Shown here: positions 26,571 through 38,828 of the stretch, in pieces
Layout: the number at the start of each line of letters is the position of its first letter
Numbering within the stretch: position 1 is the first letter of the stretch
DNA from: Lama glama
Taxonomy: Eukaryota
Length of the DNA stretch: 64,000 bases
Direction: 5' to 3'
Assembly (NCBI GenBank): GCA_028534125.1
Contig: CM052817.1
Span: forward strand, 8,496,001-8,560,000
Position numbers and translations under genes: made by a program
Notes under the pieces: model-generated
Databases searched by the model: none
Told to the model about the DNA's origin: nothing
What the model saw: only the letters and a program-made list of their open reading frames with translations

Positions 26571-27610
26571 GTAGGGTAGGGACCAGGTTATTGGCGTTTC
26601 AGATTCTTCCCAGGGGCTGCCTCTTGTTGGGATGGTGGGTTATTCTTGTTCTCCACTTCACCCCAATCTACCTTTCATTTTGGTATTAGCCTATAGGGGT
26701 AAGAAAATAAGAAAAACACTCCCAGTCCTATAGCAAGTCCCCTCCCTACACAGCTCAGAAGCTGCACCTGAGCTGGGTGGGGTGTAGGGTCTTTCAAAGT
26801 CCATGGTCAAGCCGTTGTCCTCTTTTCCTTTGGGGTCCAAGTGTGCTTGAGCATAAAATCTAATGCCCTTGGGGCTCCTGGGCTTTCTTATCTCTGAGGC
26901 AGTTTGGGTGAGTGGACTGACCCAGACTTGCTTGATTAGTCTAGAAGGAGAAAGGAGCCATTAGGATCCCATTTAGAAACCTTAGGATCCACCACCACTT
27001 TCCTAAGAAACCTGGATGGGAGGAAAGTCAGTGGATATTTTTAGAGCTATGAGGATAGCAGCACATCATTTCTTTGTTAGAAATTGACCCTTGTGTGAAT
27101 GTAGCATCCTTGTTTGAGATCCCCGAATCCCTACCTTTTAAATAAGATGCCTAAGAGCTCCTCTACCTGTGTATGCAGAATTCTGGGTGAACCCATTATG
27201 TTCTAGAGACAAACCACTCACAGTTCCTGAATGAGACACACTTTCTCTTGGTCCCTGTGGCTGGGACAATTTGCCTACCACTTCTGTAGCTACCTTTTGC
27301 TCATCTTTCAGCTTAGATGTTACTTCCTCTGAAGTCCTTTTCCCTGATCCTGCAAATCTTGGTTCTGCAGCTCCAACTCCCCTGCCACATCTCCTGTTTT
27401 CTCAGCACCCCCTGCATGTATCACAGTGAATTGTGCTTGCCTGTTTTCCTCATGAGTGCTCCGAAGGGTCCTGATCTCCCTGAGCGCTGGGTCTGGTCCT
27501 ATAAACTGCTGACCACTAGCACTGAATACACAGCCTGGTACATTGTAAGAGTCCAACCTTTCAATAATTACTTGTTAGATATCTGAGAGATGAAAAAGGC
27601 CCGGTTTGGA

Positions 27611-28031
27611 AACTTAGTCCACCAAATAGGAAAAACGTATCATCAGATATTGGTGTTAAAGTATGCCATGGCCGATGTTTGCGATTTTCTCCATTAATAG
27701 GAATCCTGTGGCAAGGGAAAAAATATAAAAATCTAATTACTGCGCTAGTCAAAATAAAAGATTTTTTGATCATCTCAAAAGAAAAACTACCCTACCTACA
27801 TTAAAAAATTTTTGATTTTACTAATCCCATCTAATGAATATTTTTAAAACACTCTTAAATTCATGGATGAATTTACATAATTTCTTTCCATTTAATGTCT
27901 ATCCCATCTGGCCACAGAACACAGACTAGAAATTAAAAAGTCAATTCCCCATTAATTCACAATGGATACTGAGCATCATTTGTTGGTTAATCAATAAAAC
28001 TTCCTCAGTTTTTCAACATAAAAAAAAAAAA
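27611..28031 (+). pseudogene. KLHDC1: Retrotransposed, unspliced antisense fragment of KLHDC1 (partial kelch-repeat exon plus upstream intron on the - strand; poly-A on the + strand)
   Basis: The - strand has an acceptor ttttttcccttgccacag|G at 27706/27705, then reads (R)IPINGENRKHRPWHTLTPISDDTFFLFGGLS, close to my recollection of KLHDC1 RITINGESPKHRSWHTLTPIADDKLFLCGGLS. The + strand has AATAAA 27993-27998, A12 28020-28031 and a 19-bp TSD gaaaaaggcccggtttgga (27592-27610) / gaaaaagacctggtttgga (28032-28050). Confidence 0.85.
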
Positions 28032-29569
28032 GAAAAAGACCTGGTTTGGAGAAAAATCTTAGGAGGAAAAGTGTTCAAAACAATGGAAGAGAGAGTGCAA
28101 AGGCTCCGAGGTGGATTCAAATGTAGGTAGAACTACATTTGTCTCATTCTTCTTTCTCAAGATAGAAGGGGGAACCATGGGGGAACCCAAGGGAGGCTAG
28201 GAAGTAGAAATGGGGAAGAGATGGGAAGGAGAGAGATGAAGGCTAGGCCAGGGAGGGAAACTTGGGTCTTGGTAAGGAGCTTGGATTATTTTATAAGTGC
28301 AATGGGAAGCCTTTGGAAATGTCATCAGGGGTTTTAAAAAGGTTACTCTGGCTGCCGAGTAGAACTGATTGGAGGAGGACAGACGTGGAAACTGCAAGGC
28401 TGCTGTGATTCTGTTTCTCTTTGGAGTCTTGGAATTGGTGTGCTTCTATTAAAATAAACAAAGTATTTTTTAATATACAAGGGCTCATTTTCAACAATCT
28501 ATCAGGTTTTTTTTGAAAACTGGAAAACCCCTCTGGTTGTTCTCTTTCAAACTGAAAATTCTGGCATTTTGTTACACATTTCTTCTCCAAGTGGAGTATA
28601 ATTTTCTTTTATTATGAAACCAATATTAAAGGAACTAGAAGGAAAGAGAAGAAAGAAAGAGAACAATTCACCTCTGCATCCTAGAAAATCAAGTATTTAT
28701 TTTAAGTTCTCTTACAGTCCCCGGCCACGAGGTTAAAGTCTGGTTAAAGTCGTAATGATGATGGATATACAGTGCATTGAATTCTGTTTTTTTCACATAA
28801 TGGATACCACAGGCTCTCCCCACATCCTATACGTGTGCTTAGCTCGCGTACGACATATAATCAGCAATAAATGTTAAAACCTTAGCTTTCCTTCCACTCC
28901 TCCTGCATCTATTCCTGCTACTGTCTTAGAATATAGTCTTCATGTTGATTGTTTTCTTAAAATTGCAAGGCATTTTATCAAGTGAACGATCATTTACATT
29001 TTTACACTTTGTTAGATATTTAGTCACCTTCCAATTTTTCGATCACATAGATTCTTTGCTTAATTAAAATTCATTGTGTTTATGACCTTTTTTTTTCCTT
29101 TTGGATTGTTGTCTTTGGAAAACTGTTGCAAAGGATAAATGCTTTTTTAAAAATAAAGTGATCTCTCCCCCTAAAAATATTACAGACTTGAAATATACAT
29201 GATGGGCAAAAATAGAGCTCACTTGTCTCTCTACCTCTGAGAGTTAGCTTCAGACTTCTACAAGAAAGCTGAAAATTCCTGTTTTAGGATAAATAACCAG
29301 GGGTAGAATTTTGTCTGAAAAGCTGTGAATATTTCTTGAAATCTCTGTAGGACTCTACCTGTGTATTTTGTTTGTAAAGGATTGAAACCATTTGCCTTGC
29401 TCTCAGAAAAGTATAAACAGACCAGTTTCCCAGTTACACTGCCAGCAGTGGGGATTGTCACTTTAATAAATGCTGTTAATATGGTAGGTATCAATGGCAT
29501 CTCTTTAGAATTTACATTTTCTTATCTTTGAATATGAGGGGAATTTATCATTTCTATGAAAAATTTTAA

Positions 29570-29775
29570 AAATACTACAAGTAATTGGGCATTTACTGTG
29601 TTCTAGACAATTGGCCATGGTTTTAGTGCAAATTCTCATTTAATCTTCAGCCTTTCTTCTGAAGATATTGTGGTTGATTCTATTTTATGGATGGGGACAC
29701 TGAGGCTGAGAGAAATTAAATAATTTTCTGTAGGTCAGGTGTGTGATGGTGGAGCCGAGTTTGGCGCTCTGCTCT
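29570..29775 (-). mobile_element. MIR relic
   Basis: ctcatttaatcttca...attttatggatggggacactgaggctgagagaa.ttaaataa. Confidence 0.7.
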
Positions 29776-30638
29776 GTTGGACCTTGCAGCTGATTGCCTG
29801 CCTCTAGCAGGTACTGAATGTGCAATGCCTATTTATTGTGAACTTGATGTTTTTCTCACTAATTTGAATTTGCTCTTGTTAAGCTGTAGGTATGTATTTA
29901 TTTTCTTGGCATATTTAATGCAAATATTTTTCCCAAGGACTTTTAAAAGATCCATTTAGCAGGAAATATTTAAGCTGAGGGAGTCATAAGTTGAGCCAAG
30001 AGGAGGTCTAATTTTATTAGTGCACTAGGTGTATGATTGCGAGAAGCAGAAGATATTTTTACAATGTTTACTTATAAAGCTTCCTTGGGTTTTCAAAAAG
30101 TGAATGAAACTGACTTCAAGGGTTGAGAGATCCCCTGCTGATTGTTTTAGGCCGTAATAAATGTCCCCCCAACTCAAACATTCCTTTTGTCCTTTTTACT
30201 CTTATTTTCAAGATGGGTGTAATAAATAATGGTTTTGCAGATGAGGAAAATGAAGCAAAAATGTGAAATAACTTTCCGAACATCAGAAAGATTTTAAATA
30301 GCAGAGAGGGATTAGACAGATGTCTGGAAGAGTCCAAAACATATGCTTTTTCTGCAATATTATATCAAAAGCTGTCTAAAGAGGTGATTGTTTAGAGTAA
30401 ATTATAGGCTTGAGAAAACTTCCAGTGATGTGGCTCCACTAAGCAAGATGGAGATCACTTCAATAAGAAGAAACTGGCTGGAAACCCAGGTCTGTCTGTG
30501 GTGGGTTGTAGGAGGGAGGGGAGATTTGAGAGATTCATCCTTTTCTCTTATCTTCTTTCCTCTTTTAGTTTCTCCCTGCCACTCTCCCTTCCTTCTATAC
30601 ATCTATCCTTTAATCCATCAATTAAAAAATATATTGAA

Positions 30639-31001
30639 TACAATATGCCACCATACAAAGATATTACTTCATTATCAACTATATTCCATTCTGCACATTT
30701 CATACCTGTGACTCATTCATTTTGAAACTGGAAGTTTGTATCTTTTAATCTTCCTCACCTATTTCTTTCCTTATACCTCCCTCTCCTCCAGTAACCACCT
30801 GTTAATCCTCTGTATCTGTGAGTCTGTTTCTGTTTTTTTAAATGTTCATTTGTTTTGTTTTTTTAGATTCTACACATAAGTGAAATATAGTATTTGTCTT
30901 TCTGTGTCTGATTTATTTCATTTAGCATAATACCTTCTAGGTCCATCCATGTTGTCACAAATGGCAAGATTACATTCTTTTTATGACCGAGTAATATTCC
31001 A

Positions 31002-31035
<34 letters not shown>

Positions 31036-31845
31036 CACATTTTTAAAAATTGAATATAGTCAGTTACAGTGCATCAGTTTCTTGTGTACAGTACAATGTA
31101 CACATATATAATATTCATTTTCATATTCTTTTTCATTAAAGGTTATTACAAGATATTGAATGTATTTCCCTGTGCACTATATCACATCTTCCTTATTCAT
31201 TCACCTACTGATGGGCACTTGGGTTGCTTCCTTATCTTGGTTATTGTAAGTAATGCTGCAGTAAACATAAGGATGCATATATCTTTTCCAATTACTGTTT
31301 TGTTTTCTTTGGAAATAATATCTTTGTATGGTGATGTATTGTAGCTAGACTTATCATGATGATCATCTTGAAATGTATAGAAAAAATTCACTATGTTGTA
31401 TAACAAGAACTAACATAGTGTTGTAGGTTAATTATACTTCAAAAACAAACAAGCATACAAACAAAGTCATAGAAAAAGAGATCAGATTCATGGTTACCAG
31501 GGGTGGGTGTGTGGGGAAAGGGAAATTGGATGAAGGTGGTCAAAAGGTACAAACTATCAGTCATAAGATAAGTAAGTGCCAGGGATGAACTGTACAACAT
31601 GACAAATACAATGGACACCGCTGTATGTTATATATGGAAGTTGTGAAGAGAGTAAATCCTAAGAACTTTTGTCATAGAAGGTTTTTTTCTATTTCTTTAA
31701 TTTTGTGTCTATATGAGATGATAAATGTTCACTAAACTTATTGCGATAACCATTTCATGGTGTATGTAAGTCAAATCATGCTGTGCACCTTAGACTTATC
31801 CAGAGCAGAAGGTCAGTTAAATCTCAATAAATCTTGAAGGAAAGC
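30639..31845 (+). mobile_element. L1 with twin-priming 5' inversion (inverted part ~30639-31310 on -, 3' part ~31315-31845 on +)
   Basis: The two arms overlap at taatatctttgtatggtg..tattgta, and their joined order matches the uninterrupted copy at 37873-38744. The element is inserted in an L2 relic. Confidence 0.8.
31041..31177 (-). mobile_element. Short young L1 3' end nested in the older L1
   Basis: TSD tatatcacat at 31031-31040 / 31178-31187; ttttaaaaattgaatatagtcagttaca...ggttattacaagatattgaat. Confidence 0.8.
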
Positions 31846-33239
31846 ATATGTATGTTGAATGCATTATACTAGGCATTGAGGAAACTGAGATTCATGGAAC
31901 TTGGTGCATGTCATTAAGCAATATTCCCTCAAGTGGGAGAGGCAGGGAAATAAATTATTATAAAATAGTCTGAGGTTATTTGACGATTGACACACATGGA
32001 ATACCAGGAGAACGCAGGGCTTCTCAGTGGTAGGGTGATGAAGCTCAGAGGTGGGACATCAGAATCTGAGTAGGAGGGGAGTGGCCAAGGAAACTTCCTG
32101 GAGGAGGGATTAAGCTTGAGCTGAGTGTTTCTTGGAAGGGTACATAGACGTTAATTTGCTGCAAGGGGTGGAGAAATGTTCCATGCCAAGGGATTCTCAC
32201 CTGCAAATATTTGAAGATGTGAAATAGAAGTAAATATATAAGGTCCTGGAAGTTGTTGCCAAAGTTTGGTGTGCAAGAGTCAGGAAGATGACAAGGTTTA
32301 GACCAAGACTAGGCTAAGTTTGCTGGTATTGGGGGAATTTCCATCTCAAAGGAGAAACCTGGACTCTCGAGATCTTGTTTTTGTTTTTTGTTTTCTTAAG
32401 CTCACTTCCTGCATCATACCTAAGACTTCCTCACGTGGATGCGCATTCTCCTCTAGGCCATTCCCTCCTGCTGTGTCAAAGGTCATCTGACCTGGCTCTG
32501 CACCAATTGAAAGGAGTAACTTATTGTCACATCCAGAGGGAAAACTGGCCTGGAGAAAGAAAAGCGATCTTCACACTCCTAAACATAAAGTTATCGGGGC
32601 TGGAGTGGAGGGAGTAGATTTATAGCTCTGAAGGAGTCCCTGGCAGAGTGAGTCTCTCCTGCACATTGCTGGCCTTCTGCAGTCTTCAGTAACCTTTCAT
32701 CTGAGAGCTCAGGATCAGCTTCTTTGACAGGACATTTGAGAATCTTCCATGTTACCTGTGGTCTTAATGTCCAATGGACGTATTATAAACCAGGAGGCTT
32801 GTGTGGTGTGTGTTCTGTGAGGAATATGCAGTCATTATATTAACTATAACTGAGTGGGTATTTCCCATGTGATAGCTTCTGTGCCACACTTTAATCATCA
32901 CATCTTTATAAGGTAGGGAATGTTATCATCATTTTACTGATGGGGATGGAACATTTCAGAATGAGTGGCCAACTCTAAAATACAGTCAGCACTCAAGGTG
33001 GAATTGCACGTGTTTGTGCTGCACTGTGCTTTTCTCTATGTGGTGCACAGAAAAAATTCTCCTTTGATGTTTCAGTTCTTAGCCTTGAGTCTTCTCTCTG
33101 CCTGGAGTGCCTTCCTTATTTCTTCCCCATGGGTAAATTCTGGGTTCATTTTAGACCAACTCCGGCTGTTACAGTCTTCCATGCGGACTTTCTTGACCCC
33201 CTTCCTGTTTTTAATGAACCAGTTTTTATTGTAACAGCC

Positions 33240-33612
33240 TGTGATGGTTAATTTTATATGTCAACTTTCCTGGGCTACAGGGTACTCATATAGTCGGTCA
33301 AATATTAGTCTGGGTGTTTCTATGAGAGTATTTTTGGATGAAAAAAAAAATCTAAATCAGCAAACTTGAGTAAAGCAGATTGCCTTCCATAACATGGGTG
33401 GGTCTCATCCAATCAGTTGAAGGCATTAATAGAAAAACAAGAACAACAACAACAAAATTATAACTTCTCTGAGCAAGAGAGAATTCTCTAACAGTTCACT
33501 TTCAGACTTCATCTGTACCACTTGCTCTCCTGGGTCTCAAACCTGCTGGCTCATGCTGTAGGTTTTTGACTTGCTAGGGTCCATAATATAGTCAGCTAAT
33601 TTCTTATTGTAA

Positions 33613-33644
<32 letters not shown>

Positions 33645-33680
33645 CCTATTTTATTTTCTTGGAAAATCCTGACTAATATA
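33240..33680 (+). mobile_element. MLT2 (ERVL) LTR
   Basis: Starts tgtgatggttaattttatatgtcaact; contains gtaaagcagattgcc and ctcatccaatcagttgaagg; ends gactaatata. Confidence 0.9.
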
Positions 33681-35189
33681 CTCTCAATAATTTTTTTTGT
33701 AGCTCTCAAATTTGTGTTAAATTTACCTCTTCCTCTGAAAATAACTACAGTTCAATACTCTCCAAAACCTTTTAGACCAAGGTCTGTAGCTCATTCATCT
33801 CTCCTCTTGAGACAGTGATGACACCTAGATATTGAAAAATTTGAGTCTTAGTCTTACTTACATGACTAATAAGTGTGTGACTATTCTAGCCTTTGAAATC
33901 TCCTCTCACTCTAACTCTTACAGAAAGAATTGTTGCCAAGTTTAAACTAGTTACCATATAGAAAGAACTTTGTGAAACACAGTAAACTTCTGTTGCATTG
34001 TGGGACTATTGTAATATTTCTTTCTTCTCTTCCTTTTTTGTTCTTGAAGGGCTGCCAATTCTTAGAAGGGTATGAAGGACTGACAATTTCTGGGAAGACT
34101 GAATGCTCTTAAGACCAATTTCAATAATATCTTCATTGTGGGGTCATAGTACTTGTTAGCTTGATCTTGCTTCTTGCCTTCACTCTGAGTGGCCCAATTT
34201 CCTGGCACTGTTTTAGATAATAAGAAGTAAAGGTTAGACCCCAACTTCTAGTCTAACTTTATGGTCCACTACAAGAACATTTAGTTTCCTGAACCATAGT
34301 CTTTGATGAGATTATCAAGGAAGGGAAAATCCCATTCACTTAAGAACGACTTTCAAGATCTAAAGAAACAAAACTGAATTGAGTGAAGCAGGTAGTAGAA
34401 TTGATATTTGGGAACAAAAATCAGATATTGTAATTTTTTTTCGAATTACATTATCTTTTCTTGGCCATACAGAAAGGCTACTTCTGGTCCTAGATACATC
34501 TAGATATGTCACCTCTATTCATATAACTTTTCTTGTATGAAAAGAAACCTTCTGTTTTGTCTTCTGTTTTCCATCAGTAAGTCTGGCCTTTGAAATAACA
34601 TCTTGAAAATTTATGCACCCACTTCAGCTTGAAGAGGTAGTTGAAACTGAGTGAGACAACAATATCACTATAAGCTTCTTTGAAAGAAAAAAAATAAAGC
34701 CACAAACATAGTCAAAGTGATACTGGTGAGTGCAGAGAAGAGAGAGAACAAGATTCAGAACTATTGTCTGGAGTGTTTCAGATGGGCAGAACCATCAAGA
34801 GACTCGAAGAACAGAAAGGCAAGTAGTTCCATTTCAAACAGTCCATCATCAAGACTGGTGAAAAGCAAAACTTCTAGCTCTCAGTAGAGTAAGAAGTAGG
34901 AAGGTACATTTACCATGGATTTATGATTTTTCTTTACCAGCTCCTTTTATCTAGCAAAATGACATCATATTCTGTAGTTGAAGCCAAACACATAGGAGGA
35001 ATTCTCAATCCTTCTTTTTCCTCCATCACCCACAACCAATCCTCCTCCAGTCCAAAGGGCTGAGAGAGTCTGACTGTCCTAGTGAGAAGCATTGGACCAT
35101 TTTTGGTGGCCCTCGGATTGTAGAAGGCTACATCCCAGAAAGGACTGACTAATCCAGCATAATAGGACTTGTGCAGCCTTCACAGTGAA

Positions 35190-35670
35190 AAGTCACCTCC
35201 TATTTTCTATGACACATATCTTCATCAATCCTGTTGCACTTTTCAGGGAAACTCTGATATTGGTAATAACCAATTTTGTTGGATCCATATGGATTCTAGG
35301 GTGGAATCATTTTTGAAGAAGCCTCAAATCTCTTTATTCTAAGGCAGTCTTGATACTTGAGTTTGAAGAGTAGCTGTTATGATGAGAGTTAGCCTCTTTA
35401 TCTCTCCAGTGAAACACAGTGGTCTTAATTTCGTCTCTTGCACTCTGCAGTGATGAATCATGTGTTTGGACCTTGACAAAAACCTCCTTAAGCTTATTCA
35501 AAAATAGCATTAAATCTCATGTATAAAAATCTGTTTGATTTCTTCCAATTGTCATTGCCATGTACTTTGTGATGGCTGACACTATTTGCTCCTTCTCTGC
35601 AAAAAAAAAAAAAATCATAAAAATTCGATTCAGGCAATGAAATTCAATTTGTCTTGAAAGTAATTCTGTA
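35190..35670 (-). mobile_element. Putative degenerate Ty3/Gypsy gag relic
   Basis: One - strand frame, read through stops, gives DLMLFLNKLKEVF...SARDEIKT...LLQK*FHPRIHMD...SLKSATGLMKICVIENRR, patterned like a sushi/PEG10-type capsid. Judged by eye only. Confidence 0.4.
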
Positions 35671-35999
35671 AAAAATAATAATATATACACCACCCTAATC
35701 TCCTTCTGCAATATTATGTTGAGCCTGGGCAGCGTTACTTGGCATTGTCCCAGTATTATAAGAGGATAAATAGGGTATTCATGCTTCTGGGAAGGCAACT
35801 ATTAATGATAATGGAAAGTAATTAAAAGCTCAAAGTAGAACCTGGAGGAAATTCACTCCAATCCAGAGCAAATCAAAACTAGTTTTTGGTTTAATGTGCT
35901 GTGATAGATGGTATTACTAGTTGACAGTTACTCATTCCTTCCCTGCCCTTGTTCTGAGTTTTTAGCCCTGGTTGCTCTATTTGCTCAGTTATTGTAAAA

Positions 36000-36580
36000 C
36001 TGGGCATGGGGGCACCAGTGGATCACCTAATGATTTTGTTCCTTATTCTTCTATGTAGCAGCAAGCCTACCTGCTTAGGATGATCAGGGTCCATTAAGTC
36101 TGCCAGAAAGGCAGTTCCTTTCTTTGCCTGCTATGAGCAGACATGAGGAGTCTAAGGTAACAAGAAGTTTTATATTGGGTGTGATAGTTCCTGTGTGTCC
36201 CGTGAAAGTCTTCCCCTTTCTAGGCCAAGAAATTCTACATTCATAGAGTCAAGATTTATGAGGAGAGGAAGCATACATTTGCCAACTAGGTCACTGGGAA
36301 TGCTGGTAAGTAAGACCACCCCTTCCACACCTAGGTTCCTGGATCTGTGTATGCCACCTGTTGGAGAACACAACATCATTCACTGCCGCTTTAAAGAATA
36401 GACCACATCTTTTCAGGGTATCATCTCTAAGCTGGTACGTTAATGCCATCTTTAGGAAGCTATCCCACCATCCTGTCAGGTTAACAGCTTCTGTGAAGAG
36501 ACCACAGAATCTTGTGCCCAAAGTTGCATCCCATTTAACAGGGGTTTCTTGATCCAACAAAACAGTCATGTCAGTCTATC
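36000..36580 (-). mobile_element. ERVL/MaLR internal remnant (integrase C-terminal region)
   Basis: EAVNLTGWWDSFLK..QLRDDTL and SPTGGIHRSRNLGVE..LTSIPSDLVGK resemble ERVL pol EAAGLIERWNGLLK..QLGDNTL and SPIARIHGSRNQGVE. Confidence 0.7.
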
Positions 36581-37087
36581 AGTCACTCTGTGAACCTTGA
36601 GCTAATTATGCTGGGTTTAAGTTTAAAATTACATTTAAAAAATTACATTTTCTACCATGACGTCTAATACTAGCTTCAGTAAACAGAGTTTCTTTCTCAA
36701 CATGTGGTTAAATTTGAACAACAACCAGTGATAACCTGTCTCCCTTCTCCTGATCCTGTCCAGTTACAAACCAGCACCTCCCTTCCCAGGGCAGCCTTCA
36801 AGGCAATTGCTGATGAAATGCAGTGTTTGGATGTGTTTGGAGAGCTAATTTGTTCTGCTCTCCAGTGGAGGTGGGAGAAGTATTTGCTGCTGCTTCTTCT
36901 GCCAACCACTTAGTTTTCTAGTCAACAGTGTCAGTGGGGAGCATGGAGCATAGTCTGAAAAGCACAAGCATAGAGCACATAGAATGTAGTTTGACTTCCC
37001 TGCCACAGTGGCTTTGTCATTTGTTTTGTAGTGTAAATCGCTAACCTCATTTATTTTATTGTTTGATACTTTCTTTTTGTTTGCTTG

Positions 37088-37110
37088 TTTTACAATACTT
37101 GCTTGCTTTT

Positions 37111-37193
<83 letters not shown>

Positions 37194-37232
37194 CTCTTTC
37201 TTCCTTCCTTTCTTTTCTTTCTTTTCTTTCTT
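37088..37232. repeat. (TTTC)n microsatellite
   Basis: Long near-perfect TTTC array. Confidence 0.97.
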
Positions 37233-37872
37233 CCTGCCAGCAATGACCTCAATAAGCAAAAGTGAATGTTTGATGAGAAACTAGGCACTGGATTTTAATT
37301 TCTTTAGAAAGCTAATAACAATTGAGGAACTTGCTTAAAATATTTGTTGATATTTAACCATCCACCAAGAAGGACATAGTGATATCACTGACTGCATGTT
37401 CTGTACAGACATGACAAATTAACAATTCCAGCCACAAATGGTATGAAATACAGCTTTTTATTCAGATCAATTGCGTATTGTTCCAAGTTTATTTTCTTTG
37501 GTTTTGATTTTAATTTTTCTTGTATATGTACCCCTCCCAAAAGAAAGCATAGCTGTTAATGTGTTGGTTTCATTAGAAGAAAAAAAAGTCTTTGCAAGCA
37601 GTTAAATGATATCATCTGATCTTTCAAGTAAAATGAAAATCAATTAAGATCATCCCAGTAATTGATCAATTGTTTATTTATTCAGTAAATCTGGGTAAAG
37701 CTTTGGGGATTTCATTCGGTCAAAAATGACACATCTCACATTATAAATGCTACTGAAAATATAATAAAAATAAAAATTATATTTGTGGTGATAATATGAA
37801 TGCAAACATTGATGGGACATATCTTCATGCACATTCAATGTTCTTAGTGAATTAAAAAATCTCTGGAGCAGC

Positions 37873-38744
37873 CATAAAAATGAAGGAAATCTTGCCATTT
37901 GTGACACCATGGGTGGACCTGGAGGTTATTGTGCTAAATGAAATAAGTGAGACAGACAAAGACACATCCTATATAATTTAACTTATGTGTGGAATCTAAA
38001 AACAAAACTGATGAGCAAACATAAGAAAAACAGAAAGAGTCATAGATATAGAGAACAAACAGGTGGTTATGAGAGGAGAGGAAGGTGGTGGTGGGGAGAG
38101 AAATAGGTGAGGGAGATTAAGAACTACGAACTTCTAGCTGCAAAATAAATGAGTCCTGAGTATGAAATGCATATTGTGTGGGGGTATATGGTTAATAACT
38201 AAGTAATATCTTTGGTGACACATCATAACTAGACTTACAATGGTGATCATTTTGAAATGTATGGAAATATCAAAGCACTATGTTGTATAACAGTAACTAG
38301 CATAGTGTTACAGGTCAATTATGCATCAAAAAGAAACAAACAAACAAAACACACAGAAAGAGAGATCAGATTTGTGGTTACCAGAGGTAGGGGTAGGGGG
38401 ATGAGGAATTGGATGAAGGCAGTCAAATGTCAAAACAAACTTACAGTTTTAGGATAAATAAGTGCTAGGGATGCAATATACAACATGATGAATATAATTA
38501 AGCTGTATGTTACATATGAAAGTTGTTAAGAGAATAAATCCTGAATTCTCATGACAAGGAAAATTTGTTTCTATTTCTTTCATTTTGTATCATTATGAGA
38601 GGATGGATGTTCACTAAATGATAACCATGATAATCATTCCGTGATGTATGTAAGTCAAATCATTATGATGTATACCTTAAGCTTAAACAGCACTATTTGT
38701 CAATTACATCTCTATAAAACTGGAAGAAGAAAAAAAGAAAAGAG
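37873..38744 (+). mobile_element. 5'-truncated L1 3' end
   Basis: L1 ORF2 end and 3' UTR, A-rich tail, 16-bp TSD aaatct(c/a)tggagcagc at 37857-37872 / 38745-38760. Confidence 0.88.
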
Positions 38745-38828
38745 AAATCTATGGAGCAGCTGTAAATACGGAACCATCATTGGACACGTACAATCATAAT
38801 TGCATCCAAACAAGCTTAAATATTCCAC

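Noticed and set aside
27561..27773. 70-aa ORF as a functional KLHDC1 exon
   Set aside because: The exon is truncated at a TSD, has no donor site, and no other KLHDC1 exons are visible in 64 kb.
34062..34244. KKQDQANKYYD as a Gypsy integrase C-terminal motif
   Set aside because: Too short to support without a profile search.
36845..37288. KERK-repeat and FFLS-repeat ORFs
   Set aside because: Translations of the (TTTC)n array.
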